Positions 1-8,990 of a stretch of 64,000 bases of DNA are shown here, in pieces. The notes below the pieces were generated by a model. That model saw nothing but the letters and a program-made list of their open reading frames with translations, was not told the DNA's origin and did not search any database. The stretch covers positions 8,125 to 72,124 of the forward strand of contig DATLXP010000016.1 of the NCBI GenBank assembly GCA_035575695.1. The letters run 5' to 3'. Position 1 is the stretch's first letter. Each line of letters begins with the position of its first letter. Source of the stretch: Vicinamibacterales bacterium. Lineage in GTDB: Bacteria; Acidobacteriota; Vicinamibacteria; Vicinamibacterales; 2-12-FULL-66-21. The translations under genes and the position numbers were made by a program.

Positions 1-2214
1 ATTGCCGAAGCGACGAAGATGCCGGGCTCGATCGCCCGGCCAGTGATCACGGGAACCGACGGCAGGGGCAATCTCAATGTGAGCCCCGAGATTAGCCCGG
101 ATGGCACACGCGTGATGTTCTTCTCCGAGCGGGACCTGTTCTCGGTCGATCTGTTCCTGGCTGACGTGGCCACCGGCAAGATCATCCGCAAGGTCACCGA
201 CACGGCGACCGATCCGCATTTCGAGAGCCTGCAGTTCCTGGGGTCCGCGGGTGCGTGGGACGCGTCCAGCAAGCGGTTTGTCTTCCCTGGCGTGAGTAAG
301 GGGCAGCCCGTCCTGACGATCATCACTGCCGCCAACGGCGATCGCGAGCGCGAGATCCGGCTGAAGGAAGTGGACGAGGTCTACAATCCGACGTGGTCGG
401 CTGACGGTCAGCTCATCGCCTTTTCCGGTCTCGTGGGAGGGCTCACCGATCTGTTCGTCTACGACCTGTCGGCGAATACGCTGAAGCGGCTCACGAACGA
501 CGCATTTGCGGAACTCGATCCCGCGTGGGCGCCCGACGGGCGACGGATCGCGTTTGCGACCGACCGATTCACCACGAAGCTCGAGACGCTCGAATCCGGT
601 CGTCTGCGGATTGCCGTGATGGACGTCGCGTCCGGAGACGTGAAAGAGGTTGCCGGCTTCCGTGACGCCAAGAACATCGGCCCGCAGTGGACGCGCGATG
701 GGCGCGGCATCATTTTCCTGTCGGACCGGCAGGGGGTCACCAATATTTATCGCGTGGCCCTGGACGGCGGGCAGCCGACGCAGCTCACCAACCTGCTCAC
801 GGGCGTCAGCGGCATCACGGAGCTCAGCCCCGCGATGTCGGCGGCCGGCGGCCGCATCATCTTCAGCGCTTACGAAGAGGACGGCTACAACGTCTACGCG
901 CTCGAAACCGATGCGGAGACGTCCGGCACGGCACTCGTGGACCTGCCGCGCTATGCCGGCCTGCTGCCCCCACGCACGACGGCCGACGGCCCCGTCGCCA
1001 CGGCCCTCGCCAATATGACGGCCGGACTGCCGCCGGCGACGGCTGACGCGCCTGCCGAGGAGTACAGCCCCAAGCTGTCTCTCGACTTCGCCGGGCAACC
1101 GTCGATCGGCGTCGGCACGGACCCCTTCGGCACCTACGCGTCTGGAGGCGTGTCGTTTCTCTTCAGCGACATCCTCGGCAATCATCTGCTGGCCACGTCG
1201 GCGCAGGTCACGAGCCGATTCGATGAATTTGGCGGCAGCGTGTTCTATCTGAACCGGACCAACCGCTGGAACTGGGGTGTGGCGGTTGATCAGACCCCGT
1301 ACGTATCACGCGGCTTCGAGACAGGTGTGGATCGCACACCGGGCGGAGACGTCTACGTCGAGAACGAATACCGCATCCTGCAGGTGGATCGTTCGGCGCA
1401 AGGTGTCCTGTCGTATCCGTTCAGCCGGGCGCAGCGGGTCGAGGTGTCGGGCGGTCTCCGGCAGATCGGCCTGAAGCAGGACGTCACGAGCCGCACGTTC
1501 TCGCTGCAGAGCGGGCAGCAGCTGTCGGAGGACGTTCGGGAGCTCGATTCGTTCCCCACGCTGAACCTCGGGGAGGCGTCAGCGGCGCTCGCGTATGACA
1601 CGTCCATCTTCGGCGCGACGAGCCCGATTCGCGGGAGCCGGTACCGCTTCGAGGTCTCGCAGAGCGCCGGGTCGCTGACGTATACGGGGTTGCTCGCCGA
1701 CGTCCGCACCTATCTCATGCCCGTACGTCCCTTCACCCTCGCGTTCCGCGGGATGTATTACGGCCGCTTCGGCCGGGACGGTGAGAATCAGCGACTGCCC
1801 ACGTTGTTCCTCGGGTACCCGGGCCTGGTCCGCGGTTACGATCCGGGTTCGTTCGAAGCTGGCGAGTGCGGCCTGCAGGTCGACGGCTCGTGCCCGGCGT
1901 TCGACCGCCTGGTGGGCAGCCGGGTCGCGATCGGCAATGCCGAACTGCGCTTCCCGCTCCTCGGGCTGTTCGGCGCCAAGAATTTCTATGGACCGCTGCC
2001 GATCGAGATGGCGCTGTTCACTGATGTCGGCCTGGCGTCGGGTGAGCGAAACTCCACGCAGTTCACCAGCGGGGATCGTGAGTGGGTGAGAAGCATCGGC
2101 GCGGCGGCGCGCATGAATCTGTTCGGCTTCGCGATTGGCGAAGTGGCCTACGTCAAGCCGCTGGACCGCAGCCGTGGATGGCTCTGGCAGTTTTCGCTCA
2201 GGCCGGGCTTCTAG
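1..2214 (+). CDS. PD40 (TolB-like beta-propeller) repeat protein with C-terminal Omp85/D15-type beta-barrel; 5' end truncated by the window
   Basis: Frame 1 is open from base 1 (track ORF 19..2214). It has repeated propeller motifs (NPTWSADG, DPAWAPDG, GPQWTRDG). The C-terminal barrel-like region ends in ...WQFSLRPGF. Confidence 0.7.
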   Translation: MAEATKMPGSIARPVITGTDGRGNLNVSPEISPDGTRVMFFSERDLFSVDLFLADVATGKIIRKVTDTATDPHFESLQFLGSAGAWDASSKRFVFPGVSKGQPVLTIITAANGDREREIRLKEVDEVYNPTWSADGQLIAFSGLVGGLTDLFVYDLSANTLKRLTNDAFAELDPAWAPDGRRIAFATDRFTTKLETLESGRLRIAVMDVASGDVKEVAGFRDAKNIGPQWTRDGRGIIFLSDRQGVTNIYRVALDGGQPTQLTNLLTGVSGITELSPAMSAAGGRIIFSAYEEDGYNVYALETDAETSGTALVDLPRYAGLLPPRTTADGPVATALANMTAGLPPATADAPAEEYSPKLSLDFAGQPSIGVGTDPFGTYASGGVSFLFSDILGNHLLATSAQVTSRFDEFGGSVFYLNRTNRWNWGVAVDQTPYVSRGFETGVDRTPGGDVYVENEYRILQVDRSAQGVLSYPFSRAQRVEVSGGLRQIGLKQDVTSRTFSLQSGQQLSEDVRELDSFPTLNLGEASAALAYDTSIFGATSPIRGSRYRFEVSQSAGSLTYTGLLADVRTYLMPVRPFTLAFRGMYYGRFGRDGENQRLPTLFLGYPGLVRGYDPGSFEAGECGLQVDGSCPAFDRLVGSRVAIGNAELRFPLLGLFGAKNFYGPLPIEMALFTDVGLASGERNSTQFTSGDREWVRSIGAAARMNLFGFAIGEVAYVKPLDRSRGWLWQFSLRPGF

Positions 2215-2242
2215 CCACGGGGATTCCTGGTGGCCATTCGGG

Positions 2243-2407
2243 GCCACGGTTCAACACGGTTTAAAGCCACGGTTCAACACTGTTCAACACGGTTTAAGGC
2301 CACGGTTCAACACTGTTCAACACGGCTTAAAGCCACGGTTCAAGGCGACTGTTCAACACAATTCAAGGCCACGGTTCAACACGGTTGAAAGGCACGGGTC
2401 AACACGG
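2243..2407. repeat. Tandem-repeat array A: 7 perfect and 3 variant copies of GTTCAACAC, in units GCCACGGTTCAACAC(TGTTCAACAC)GGTTTAAAG
   Basis: Read directly from the sequence. It lies between the convergent stops of the PD40/Omp85 gene (2214) and dinB-like (2432). No credible ORF is present. Confidence 0.9.
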
Positions 2408-2411
2408 TGGG

Positions 2412-2431
2412 GCCGGCCCATTCGGGTCGGC
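2412..2431 (-). terminator. GC-rich hairpin immediately after the DinB-family gene stop
   Basis: GCCGGCCC-attc-GGGTCGGC forms 8 bp (one G.T) with a 4-nt loop and abuts the stop at 2432-2434. No U-tract follows. Confidence 0.4.
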
Positions 2432-2908
2432 TCATCGCGCGATCTGTTCGAACTGTTTCAGATGGTGGATGTCATGTCCGGCCATCTGCGCCGCGACCCA
2501 GGCCACGGTCAGCGAGCCGAATTCCGGATGCGTGAAGGCGCGCTCGCGCTGCGCGTCTGACAGACCCCGCCACATCGCCATGTTCATCTTCCGCACCGAC
2601 GTATAGGCATCGAGCGCCGTTCGGGCGTCGGCGGTGTTATCGACGTCCATCCACTGATCCTGGTCGAACGACTGCGCCTGGTATCCGTCAGCGCTGAGCG
2701 CATACCGCACGCGCGTGCCGAGCGCCTGCTCGGTTTGCGCCAGGTGGACGAGAATCTTCCGTGCGCTCCACTTGCCAGGCGCGTAGGTCCGCTCGAACTG
2801 CTCGTCGGTCCACCCGTCGACGATCCTGCGGATCTGCTGAGGCGTCTCGGCAAGCGCCGTGATGGGATCGAGGTCGCCGAGGTCCGCAGCATACGGGTTC
2901 TTGTTCAC
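2432..2908 (-). CDS. DinB-family (DinB_2 four-helix-bundle) protein
   Basis: 158 aa with the typical DinB pattern ...KWSARKILVHLAQTE...AGHDIHHLKQ. Confidence 0.8.
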   Translation of the reverse strand: MNKNPYAADLGDLDPITALAETPQQIRRIVDGWTDEQFERTYAPGKWSARKILVHLAQTEQALGTRVRYALSADGYQAQSFDQDQWMDVDNTADARTALDAYTSVRKMNMAMWRGLSDAQRERAFTHPEFGSLTVAWVAAQMAGHDIHHLKQFEQIAR

Positions 2909-3061
2909 GGTGGAGATGATACCCGGGAATGCTTTCGGCTACATGAACACGCCCGACAACGGCGACTGGTTTATGATCAAGTGCGTTCATCGGTCACCAG
3001 CAGGGGTCATCGACACCGCCGAACCTATTCGCTGATGCGCATCACGTCCCGACGTAACTGA

Positions 3062-3835
3062 GTGTTCGTCACGCACGACATCCCGAGTCTCTACCTCGGC
3101 TCGACGCGCCGCATCACCGTCTGGCTCCCCCCGGGAGCCAGACGCCGGCTCGCGCAGTATCACTATCCGGTCCTGTACCTCAACGACGGCCAGAACCTCT
3201 TCGAACCCGGGCGCGCTTTTGCCGGCAGGACCTGGGAGGCGGCCGAGGCGGCGGAGTTTCTGGTTCGGCGGCATCGCATCCCCGCGATGATCATCGTCGG
3301 CATCGATCACGGGGGCGTGCGACGCGCGCGCGAGTACCTGCCCGTCGAGGATGCGCGCAACCCGTGGGCGCGGCGGCCGCTGGGGCGGGAATACGCCGAG
3401 TTCGTCACTCGCGAACTGATGCCATTCATCGCGCGGTCGTATCCGATCGCGGGGGGACCGTCCATGACAGGCTTCGGCGGGTCCTCATACGGCGCGCTGT
3501 CGGCGCTCTATACGGCGCTCCTCAAGCCCGGTGTCTTCGGCCGCCTGCTGATCGAAAGTCCATCGCTCTATGTCGGGAGGTCGTACGTGCTGCGGATGGC
3601 GCGCAAGGCACAGCGCTGGCCGGCGAGGGTGTACCTGGGCGTTGGCACCGCGGAGACGGGCCGCCCCGACGTGAACGAAGAAACGGTGAGGAACGTGTTG
3701 CTGCTGGAGCGAACGCTGACGCGCGCGCGGCTCGGCCCTCGGCGCCTGCGCGTGCGTGTCGACGAAGGGGGCGCCCATACAGAGTCGGCATGGGCGGCAC
3801 GATTGCCGGAGGCCCTAGAGTTTCTGTTCGGCTGA
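3062..3835 (+). CDS. Alpha/beta-hydrolase, putative esterase family (enterochelin/IroE-like esterase fold)
   Basis: 257 aa with a GTG start. Motifs: YPVLYLNDGQN, serine motif GGSSYGA, LIESPSL. Confidence 0.75.
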   Translation: MFVTHDIPSLYLGSTRRITVWLPPGARRRLAQYHYPVLYLNDGQNLFEPGRAFAGRTWEAAEAAEFLVRRHRIPAMIIVGIDHGGVRRAREYLPVEDARNPWARRPLGREYAEFVTRELMPFIARSYPIAGGPSMTGFGGSSYGALSALYTALLKPGVFGRLLIESPSLYVGRSYVLRMARKAQRWPARVYLGVGTAETGRPDVNEETVRNVLLLERTLTRARLGPRRLRVRVDEGGAHTESAWAARLPEALEFLFG

Positions 3836-3837
3836 CG

Positions 3838-4069
3838 CAACCGTGTTGAACCGGGTTGAACCGCGGCCTGAAACCGTGTTGAACCGTGTTGCACCGTGGC
3901 CGTTGTTGAACCGGGGCCCTGACCGTGTTGAACCGGGTTGAACCGCGGCCTTGACCGTGTTGAACCGTGTTGCACCGTGGCCCGTGTTGAACCGGGGCCC
4001 TGACGGTGTTGAACCGTGTTGAACCGTGGCTCGTGTTGAACCGTGGCTTTGACGGTGTTGAACCGTGGC
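3838..4069. repeat. Tandem-repeat array B: 9 perfect and 5 variant copies of GTGTTGAAC, the reverse complement of the array A core; contains an 82/81-nt higher-order duplication
   Basis: Read directly. It starts within a few nt of the esterase stop (3835) and runs up to the rdgB stop codon (4070). Confidence 0.9.
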
Positions 4070-4660
4070 CTAGGGGAAGGCGGTCCGCAGGTATTCGCGT
4101 ACGGCCCGAAACGCCTTGCCGCGATGACTGACCTTCGACTTCTCGGAGCCGGCCATCTCTGCCAGCGTCACGCCGAGCGGGGGATACAGAAAGATGGGGT
4201 CGTACCCGAAGCCGTCATGGCCCCGCGGTTCGTCCGACAGACGACCGTCGACGGTCTGTTCGGTTTCGTACACGATCCGCCCATCGCGCGCGAGCGCCGC
4301 GTGGCAGACAAACCGCGCGTCGCTCGTCTGCAGTCCGCTCTGCTCGAGCCGTTCGCGTATCTTCTGAAACTTGACGCCGTAATCCGTGCCGTGCCAACGC
4401 GCCGAGTGCACGCCCGGCTCGCCGTCGAACGCCCCGATCTCGAGGCCGGAGTCGTCTGCCACCGTCGGCAGTCCCGTGGCGGCAGCGTAGTACAGCGCCT
4501 TGAGCCGCGCATTCTCGCCAAACGTCGCGCCGGTCTCTTCGGGCTCGTCAATCGGCGGAAGCGCCCCCAGCGTCACCAGCTCCACAGGCAGACCTTCGAG
4601 GATCGCGGCGATCTCGCGGAGTTTTCCCTGGTTGGTCGTCGCGACCAGCAGGCGCGTCAC
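4070..4660 (-). CDS. rdgB: Non-canonical purine NTP pyrophosphatase (RdgB/HAM1)
   Basis: 196 aa. N-terminus [14 protein letters not shown] plus FGYDPIF. Confidence 0.9.
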   Translation of the reverse strand: MTRLLVATTNQGKLREIAAILEGLPVELVTLGALPPIDEPEETGATFGENARLKALYYAAATGLPTVADDSGLEIGAFDGEPGVHSARWHGTDYGVKFQKIRERLEQSGLQTSDARFVCHAALARDGRIVYETEQTVDGRLSDEPRGHDGFGYDPIFLYPPLGVTLAEMAGSEKSKVSHRGKAFRAVREYLRTAFP

Positions 4661-5385
4661 CGCAGGTCGCCGACGATCGATCGCTGCAGCTCGACGAGGT
4701 CGCGGATGCCGGCGTCGGCGAGCTCGAGCAGCGAGTCGAGGGCGCCCCTCTCAAACGGGGGGCCTTCCGCCGTGCCTTGCACTTCGATGAAACGCCCGTC
4801 GCCGGTCTTGACGACGTTCATGTCCACGTCGGCTTTCGAGTCCTCGTCGTAGGCCAGGTCGAGCATCGGCGTGCCGGCCACCACACCGACGCTCGTGGCG
4901 GCCACGAAATCGCTGACGGGCAGCGTGCGCAGCATACCCTTCTGACGCATCTGCTTCAGTGCGATCACGAGGGCGACGAACCCGCCGGTGATCGAGGCGG
5001 TGCGTGTGCCGCCGTCTGCCTGGATGACGTCGCAGTCGATCCAGACCGTGCGCTCACCGAGTTCGGGGAGCCGCATGACCGACCGCAGCGAGCGCCCGAT
5101 CAGGCGCTGGATCTCCTGCGTCCGTCCCCCGACCTTGCCGGCGCTGGCCTCTCGTTGTGTGCGGGTCGACGTGGCGCGCGGCAGCATCCCGTACTCCGCC
5201 GTGACCCATCCCTTGCCCGTGTTGCGCAGGAAGGGAGGCACGCGCTCTTCGACGCTCGCGGTGCAGATGACGCGCGTGCGTCCGGCCTCGATCAGGACCG
5301 ATCCTTCCGCGTGCATGGTGAAGGATGGCGTGATCCGTGTCTCGCGTAACTGCGCTGCCTGACGTCCGTCGGTTCTGCTGCTCAT
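4657..5385 (-). CDS. rph: Ribonuclease PH
   Basis: 242 aa with RTDGR...GSVLIE.G.T.V.C...WVTAEY.MLP. It has a 4-nt overlap with rdgB. Confidence 0.95.
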   Translation of the reverse strand: MSSRTDGRQAAQLRETRITPSFTMHAEGSVLIEAGRTRVICTASVEERVPPFLRNTGKGWVTAEYGMLPRATSTRTQREASAGKVGGRTQEIQRLIGRSLRSVMRLPELGERTVWIDCDVIQADGGTRTASITGGFVALVIALKQMRQKGMLRTLPVSDFVAATSVGVVAGTPMLDLAYDEDSKADVDMNVVKTGDGRFIEVQGTAEGPPFERGALDSLLELADAGIRDLVELQRSIVGDLR

Positions 5386-5972
5386 GATGGGTTATCGGTC
5401 TTGATCCACTGCAGGTTTTTGGAAAGCGGGCGCCGGAGGTCGACGTGCCCCGCGAGTGTATCGGCTTCCTTGCCGTCGATGAGAATCTGGACGCGCGTGA
5501 TCGCCGGCAGGTTCACGGTCAGTGCGTTGACCACCGCGTACACCGTGAAGAGCTCGTCGAGCGCGCCCCCGGTGTGCTGGGTCGTGATCTCACCACTGAA
5601 ATCGACGAACGCTTCGCCGCGCTCGCTGACGTACAGCGCCCGCAGCTTCACGCCGGCGGGGACGGCGGAGGCCAGCGAGTCCGGCGGCGGCGCGATCTGG
5701 GCCTCGATGATGCGCCGCGCCTGTTCGTCGACCGGGTCGCCGAACGGCACCTCGCGCTGCACCGTTTCGAGTGACATGCCGTCCTGCCCTATGAAGAAGA
5801 GCGTGGCGGTGATCTTTCGCTGCGCGGCCGACCCGTCCGTCTGCTGCGGCTGCGCGGTCTCCGCCTGCGGACGGGGCCGGTAGAGTCCTGGCGCAGCGAT
5901 GAACAGGATCCACCAGACGGCGACGGCGCCGACGAGGATGGCGGTGCCGGTGAGAAGCCGTCCCCGCGTCAT
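5382..5972 (-). CDS. GerMN-domain protein (membrane anchored)
   Basis: I moved the start to the internal ATG (MTRGRLLTG..., N-terminal TM helix). This ATG overlaps the amidase stop as ATGA at 5969-5972. The longer track ORF (to 6287) would overlap the amidase coding region. Confidence 0.75.
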   Translation of the reverse strand: MTRGRLLTGTAILVGAVAVWWILFIAAPGLYRPRPQAETAQPQQTDGSAAQRKITATLFFIGQDGMSLETVQREVPFGDPVDEQARRIIEAQIAPPPDSLASAVPAGVKLRALYVSERGEAFVDFSGEITTQHTGGALDELFTVYAVVNALTVNLPAITRVQILIDGKEADTLAGHVDLRRPLSKNLQWIKTDNPS

Positions 5973-7540
5973 CGAACCGCCCCGGGCACTGACGGCGGAG
6001 GTGGCGGGATGCCCCCGCGCGCATCGCGGAATGTCACGATCGCGTCGACCAGCGATTGCACGACGTCGTTCTGGTACTGTTCCGACGCGAGCTGCTTCGC
6101 CTGTGCCGGGTTGGTCATGAAGCCCATCTCGACGAGCACTGCGGGCATATTGGCGCCGACGAGCACCCTGAAGGGGGCCTGCTGCAGGGCTCGAGGGCTC
6201 ATCGGCACGCGCGTGCGCAGCGACGCCTCCACCGCGCGCGCGAGCGCCGCGGACTGCTCGATATGCCTGGCCTGCGCGAATTGCCACTGGACGGCTTCAA
6301 TGTCCCGGCTACCGCCGCCAAACACTGGCAGCGTTTCGCGGGGGGCCGTCGCCGCTCTTAGCGCGTCGTCGCCGTATGCGTCGAGGCTCAGGTAGAAGAC
6401 CTCGGCGCCTGCCGCCGAGGCGCGGACCGATGCATTCGCATGCAGGCTGATGAACAGATCTACCTTGTTATTGTTCGCCACAGCCGCGCGTTGATCGAGT
6501 GGCACCGCCGTGTCGCCGTCACGCGTCAGGATGACGCGCACACCCAACCGGGCTTCGAGGGCGGCCTTCAACCGGCGCGCCACCGCCATCGTCACGGTTT
6601 TCTCGTTCCCGCCGTCGGCGTCGCGCGCTCCGTGTTCCGCCCCTCCGTGCCCGGCATCGATCACGACGGATCGCAGTCCACCCGACGGCGTGATCTCGAG
6701 CAGCGGCGGCGCCTCCTGCGGGGGAGGTGGCGGCACCGGCAGCTGGCCCTGGTCGGTCGCCTGTGCGACCACGTCCACGACGATGCGGGTGGCGCCGCGG
6801 TCGCCAGGGAGATCCGACGTCCTGAAGGAGGCGAACCGGGGACCGAGATCGATCGCGAGACTCGACGCACCCTCCGCCCGCACGTGCTGAATCAGGTCTG
6901 GAGCGGTCGCCTGGGGCAGCGCGGCGTCGAGTGCGTCTGCTTCGAAGCGAACGACCAGGCGGTTCGCCTCCTGCGTGACCGAGTGGGGAGTCGCCGGGGC
7001 GACGTCGAGCGTGAGTCGTGCCAGTGCGGTCCCCTGGAGTTCGATCCGGCCGGCGACGCGTGGCACACGGATATCGCCTGAGAGGATGAGGCGGGATGGC
7101 TTGCGCAGCTCGACGCGAAATCCCGCCACTGGCGCCAGGGCACGCGAGACGAAGTCGACGGGCACGAACCACGCGCGCCCCTCCCGGACCGGCGGTGTCG
7201 GCAGCGAGACGAGCCGGCCGCTGACCGAGACCAGTTCCTGGCCAGGGGAGAGGAGGATGGATTGTCCGCGGCTGGTGATCGTCAGGCCCCCGGCGATGGC
7301 GTCTTCGGCGAGCGTCAGGCCGAAGAGGCGGGCCAGATCGTCGACGGCAAACATTTCCTGCCCGTTCACCATGCGTGCGGCGAGCGGACGACGGGCTTCG
7401 CGTGAGAGGACGGTATAGGGTACCGGTGTTTGCGGCGCCTGCGCCGTCGGCGCGCCGCTGAGCGCGGCGAGAAGCACCCACGCGATGGTCGCCCGCCCGT
7501 AGAGGATCGTCAAGACGCCTTCAATTCTATGACGGGGCAC
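5969..7540 (-). CDS. N-acetylmuramoyl-L-alanine amidase (Amidase_3) with N-terminal AMIN-like domains
   Basis: 523 aa with a signal peptide. Motifs: VVIDAGHGG, FISLHANA, LVEMGF. Confidence 0.9.
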   Translation of the reverse strand: MPRHRIEGVLTILYGRATIAWVLLAALSGAPTAQAPQTPVPYTVLSREARRPLAARMVNGQEMFAVDDLARLFGLTLAEDAIAGGLTITSRGQSILLSPGQELVSVSGRLVSLPTPPVREGRAWFVPVDFVSRALAPVAGFRVELRKPSRLILSGDIRVPRVAGRIELQGTALARLTLDVAPATPHSVTQEANRLVVRFEADALDAALPQATAPDLIQHVRAEGASSLAIDLGPRFASFRTSDLPGDRGATRIVVDVVAQATDQGQLPVPPPPPQEAPPLLEITPSGGLRSVVIDAGHGGAEHGARDADGGNEKTVTMAVARRLKAALEARLGVRVILTRDGDTAVPLDQRAAVANNNKVDLFISLHANASVRASAAGAEVFYLSLDAYGDDALRAATAPRETLPVFGGGSRDIEAVQWQFAQARHIEQSAALARAVEASLRTRVPMSPRALQQAPFRVLVGANMPAVLVEMGFMTNPAQAKQLASEQYQNDVVQSLVDAIVTFRDARGGIPPPPPSVPGAVR

Positions 7541-7665
7541 TGGAAACGGGAGTCTCGGGAAGGGCAGGTTGTGAGAAAGGGGGGGATGTAGAGGCCCCCT
7601 CCCTCCGGACTGTCACTGGCCCAAAGCATCAATGACGGTGCGGAAGTTCTCGTGCGTTCGACAAT

Positions 7666-8094
7666 CTATTCCGCGAAGTCCTCTAGGGAGCGAACGTGCG
7701 GCGCTAGCAGCGGATAATCCGCCAGCCGCCGCGCGAATCGATCGTCACCGGTGATCACCTGCGTTTCGAGGCGAACGGCAAGCGCCAGGTAGGTCGCGTC
7801 GTAAACGGTGATACCTGTTTCCAGCGCCAAGGCGTGTGCGTCTGGCAGCAGGCCCCGCATGGAAACTGCTTCGACGGCGATGACCGACAGATCGGTCACC
7901 AGCTGCTGCCCATTATCAGGGCTCACCTCGCCGCGCCGAACCTTTTTCCAAACCGTATTTCCAGTTTCCGGAAACAGGAGATCGGGCGCAACGTAGTCAT
8001 GCGGAGCGTCCAGCCACCGACGCGCGGCTTCCGAATCCACTTCGGGCACGAACCACTTGATGACCAGGCTGGCGTCAACGACGAAGACGCTCAC
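7666..8094 (-). CDS. vapC: Type II toxin, PIN-domain VapC family
   Basis: 142 aa. N-terminus VFVVDASLVIKW (PIN acidic residue) and DATYLALA. It has a 4-nt overlap with the upstream antitoxin. Confidence 0.85.
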   Translation of the reverse strand: MSVFVVDASLVIKWFVPEVDSEAARRWLDAPHDYVAPDLLFPETGNTVWKKVRRGEVSPDNGQQLVTDLSVIAVEAVSMRGLLPDAHALALETGITVYDATYLALAVRLETQVITGDDRFARRLADYPLLAPHVRSLEDFAE

Positions 8095-8324
8095 CGCGCG
8101 TCTCGGTCCTCACGAATGAGCGCGGCGCTGTCGGAGTGGTCGGAACGGCCAAGGCGTTTCAGCCATTTCGTCGAGAGGCGCCGCGTCTCAGCCAGATTGC
8201 GCGTATTCGCCCGGCGCAGCACGTCATGAATCTCCGCCTGCAGCGACCGGCCGTTGGCTTTTGCAGCAGCCTTCAGCTGCTTGAGAACGTCATCATCGAG
8301 GTCGCGGACTAATACGTTAGGCAT
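8091..8324 (-). CDS. vapB: Type II antitoxin, ribbon-helix-helix (FitA/VapB-like)
   Basis: 77 aa. MPNVLVRDLDDDVLKQLK is typical of an RHH antitoxin. A GAGGA SD lies 6 nt upstream of the ATG. Confidence 0.8.
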   Translation of the reverse strand: MPNVLVRDLDDDVLKQLKAAAKANGRSLQAEIHDVLRRANTRNLAETRRLSTKWLKRLGRSDHSDSAALIREDRDAR

Positions 8325-8343
8325 ACGTTTTCCTCAGGCAGAT

Positions 8344-8360
8344 GGTATCATATTGATACC
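8344..8360. promoter_or_regulatory. Palindromic candidate operator overlapping a -10-like box upstream of vapB
   Basis: GGTATCA-TAT-TGATACC is a perfect 7-bp inverted repeat about 20 nt upstream of the vapB start. The minus strand reads TATGAT inside it. Confidence 0.5.
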
Positions 8361-8481
8361 AGACTGCGGGAGTCCAGCGCAGGCGCCCGTGGAATTTTGG
8401 ATCCGGTGGAGTGCCGCCGATAGACCGCGAGCGGCATGGCGGTGGTCTGCCCGCCGGTTTGGGACGGATCAGGGACGCGAG

Positions 8482-8520
8482 AAGTTGTTGATATTGGAAA
8501 TCCTGCAATATCAACAACTT
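8482..8520 (-). terminator. AT-rich 15-bp perfect hairpin 5 nt downstream of the tmRNA 3' end
   Basis: AAGTTGTTGATATTG-(9 nt)-CAATATCAACAACTT. There is no clean U-tract. Its composition contrasts with the GC-rich surroundings. Confidence 0.45.
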
Positions 8521-8525
8521 GAATA

Positions 8526-8877
8526 TGGTGGAGGCGGCGGGATTCGCACCCGCGTCCGAAAGCACAAATCCGCAGGAATCTACGATGCGTATCCGCCTCT
8601 GCGGTGTCGCGCCCGGCGTGAAGAGACGGAAAAACCGCCGGGAACCCGCCCCGAAAAGTCTCGTCGCTGACGTCCGAGGTAACCGTCAGCAACCAGCCTG
8701 CTGAAATGACATCCAGGTCCCGGCCCGCAGGCTGACCGGATTGGACGCTCACAGGCTCTTAGGCTGCGAGAGCGAACTGCGTATCTGCAGTTAGGGTTGT
8801 TCCATCTTTTGTCGAGGGTGATGGTCCTCGGCACGCATCCTACGAAACAGTATCTCCGTCGAATCTAGGTCGCCCCC
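8526..8877 (-). ncRNA. ssrA: tmRNA (SsrA)
   Basis: The minus strand starts GGGGGCGACCTAGATTCGACGG and ends GGACGCGGGTGCGAATCCCGCCGCCTCCACCA (tRNA-Ala-like acceptor and T-arm). An internal tag frame reads ...GCA GAT ACG CAG TTC GCT CTC GCA GCC TAA (..ADTQFALAA*). Confidence 0.93.
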
Positions 8878-8952
8878 AGAGGGCCATTTTACGCTTCCGC
8901 TGGACCCTCGTCAAACTGCTGTCGGGCTTGAACTTGCGGCGTTCCCCCCAGC

Positions 8953-8982
8953 TTGACTCCACCGCGAGTCGACCCCGATAAT
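8953..8982 (+). promoter_or_regulatory. Sigma70-like promoter candidate TTGACT-18 nt-GATAAT ending 8 nt before the ATG at 8991
   Basis: The hexamers were read directly. The geometry implies a leaderless or nearly leaderless transcript. Confidence 0.4.
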
Positions 8983-8990
8983 GACGAGGG

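Noticed and set aside
2243-2407. GTTCAACAC units as DnaA boxes / oriC
   Set aside because: TTCAACAC(G/T) differs from TTATCCACA at about 3 of 9 positions. There is no dnaA/dnaN context, no AT-rich unwinding element, and a mirror array lies 1.4 kb away.
2243-4069. Repeat arrays as CRISPR arrays
   Set aside because: The period is only about 10-35 nt. The inter-repeat segments are themselves repeated, so there are no unique spacers. Repeats are degenerate, and no cas genes are in the window.
5973-6287. N-terminal extensions of track ORFs (5382-6287, 14247 start, 17025-18062, 23195-24847, 34807-36930, 43585-45186, 47041-48597, 50098 start, 57301 start)
   Set aside because: The extensions overlap neighbouring well-supported genes and are Arg-rich. 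Internal starts give proper signal peptides or TM helices, or conserved N-termini, often with ATGA/GTGA/TGATG coupling to the upstream stop.
7541-8525. A complete genomic island or prophage at the tmRNA 3' end
   Set aside because: There is no integrase. I could find no direct repeat of the ssrA 3' end in 7541-7665, and the cargo is only the TA pair. It is at most a remnant.
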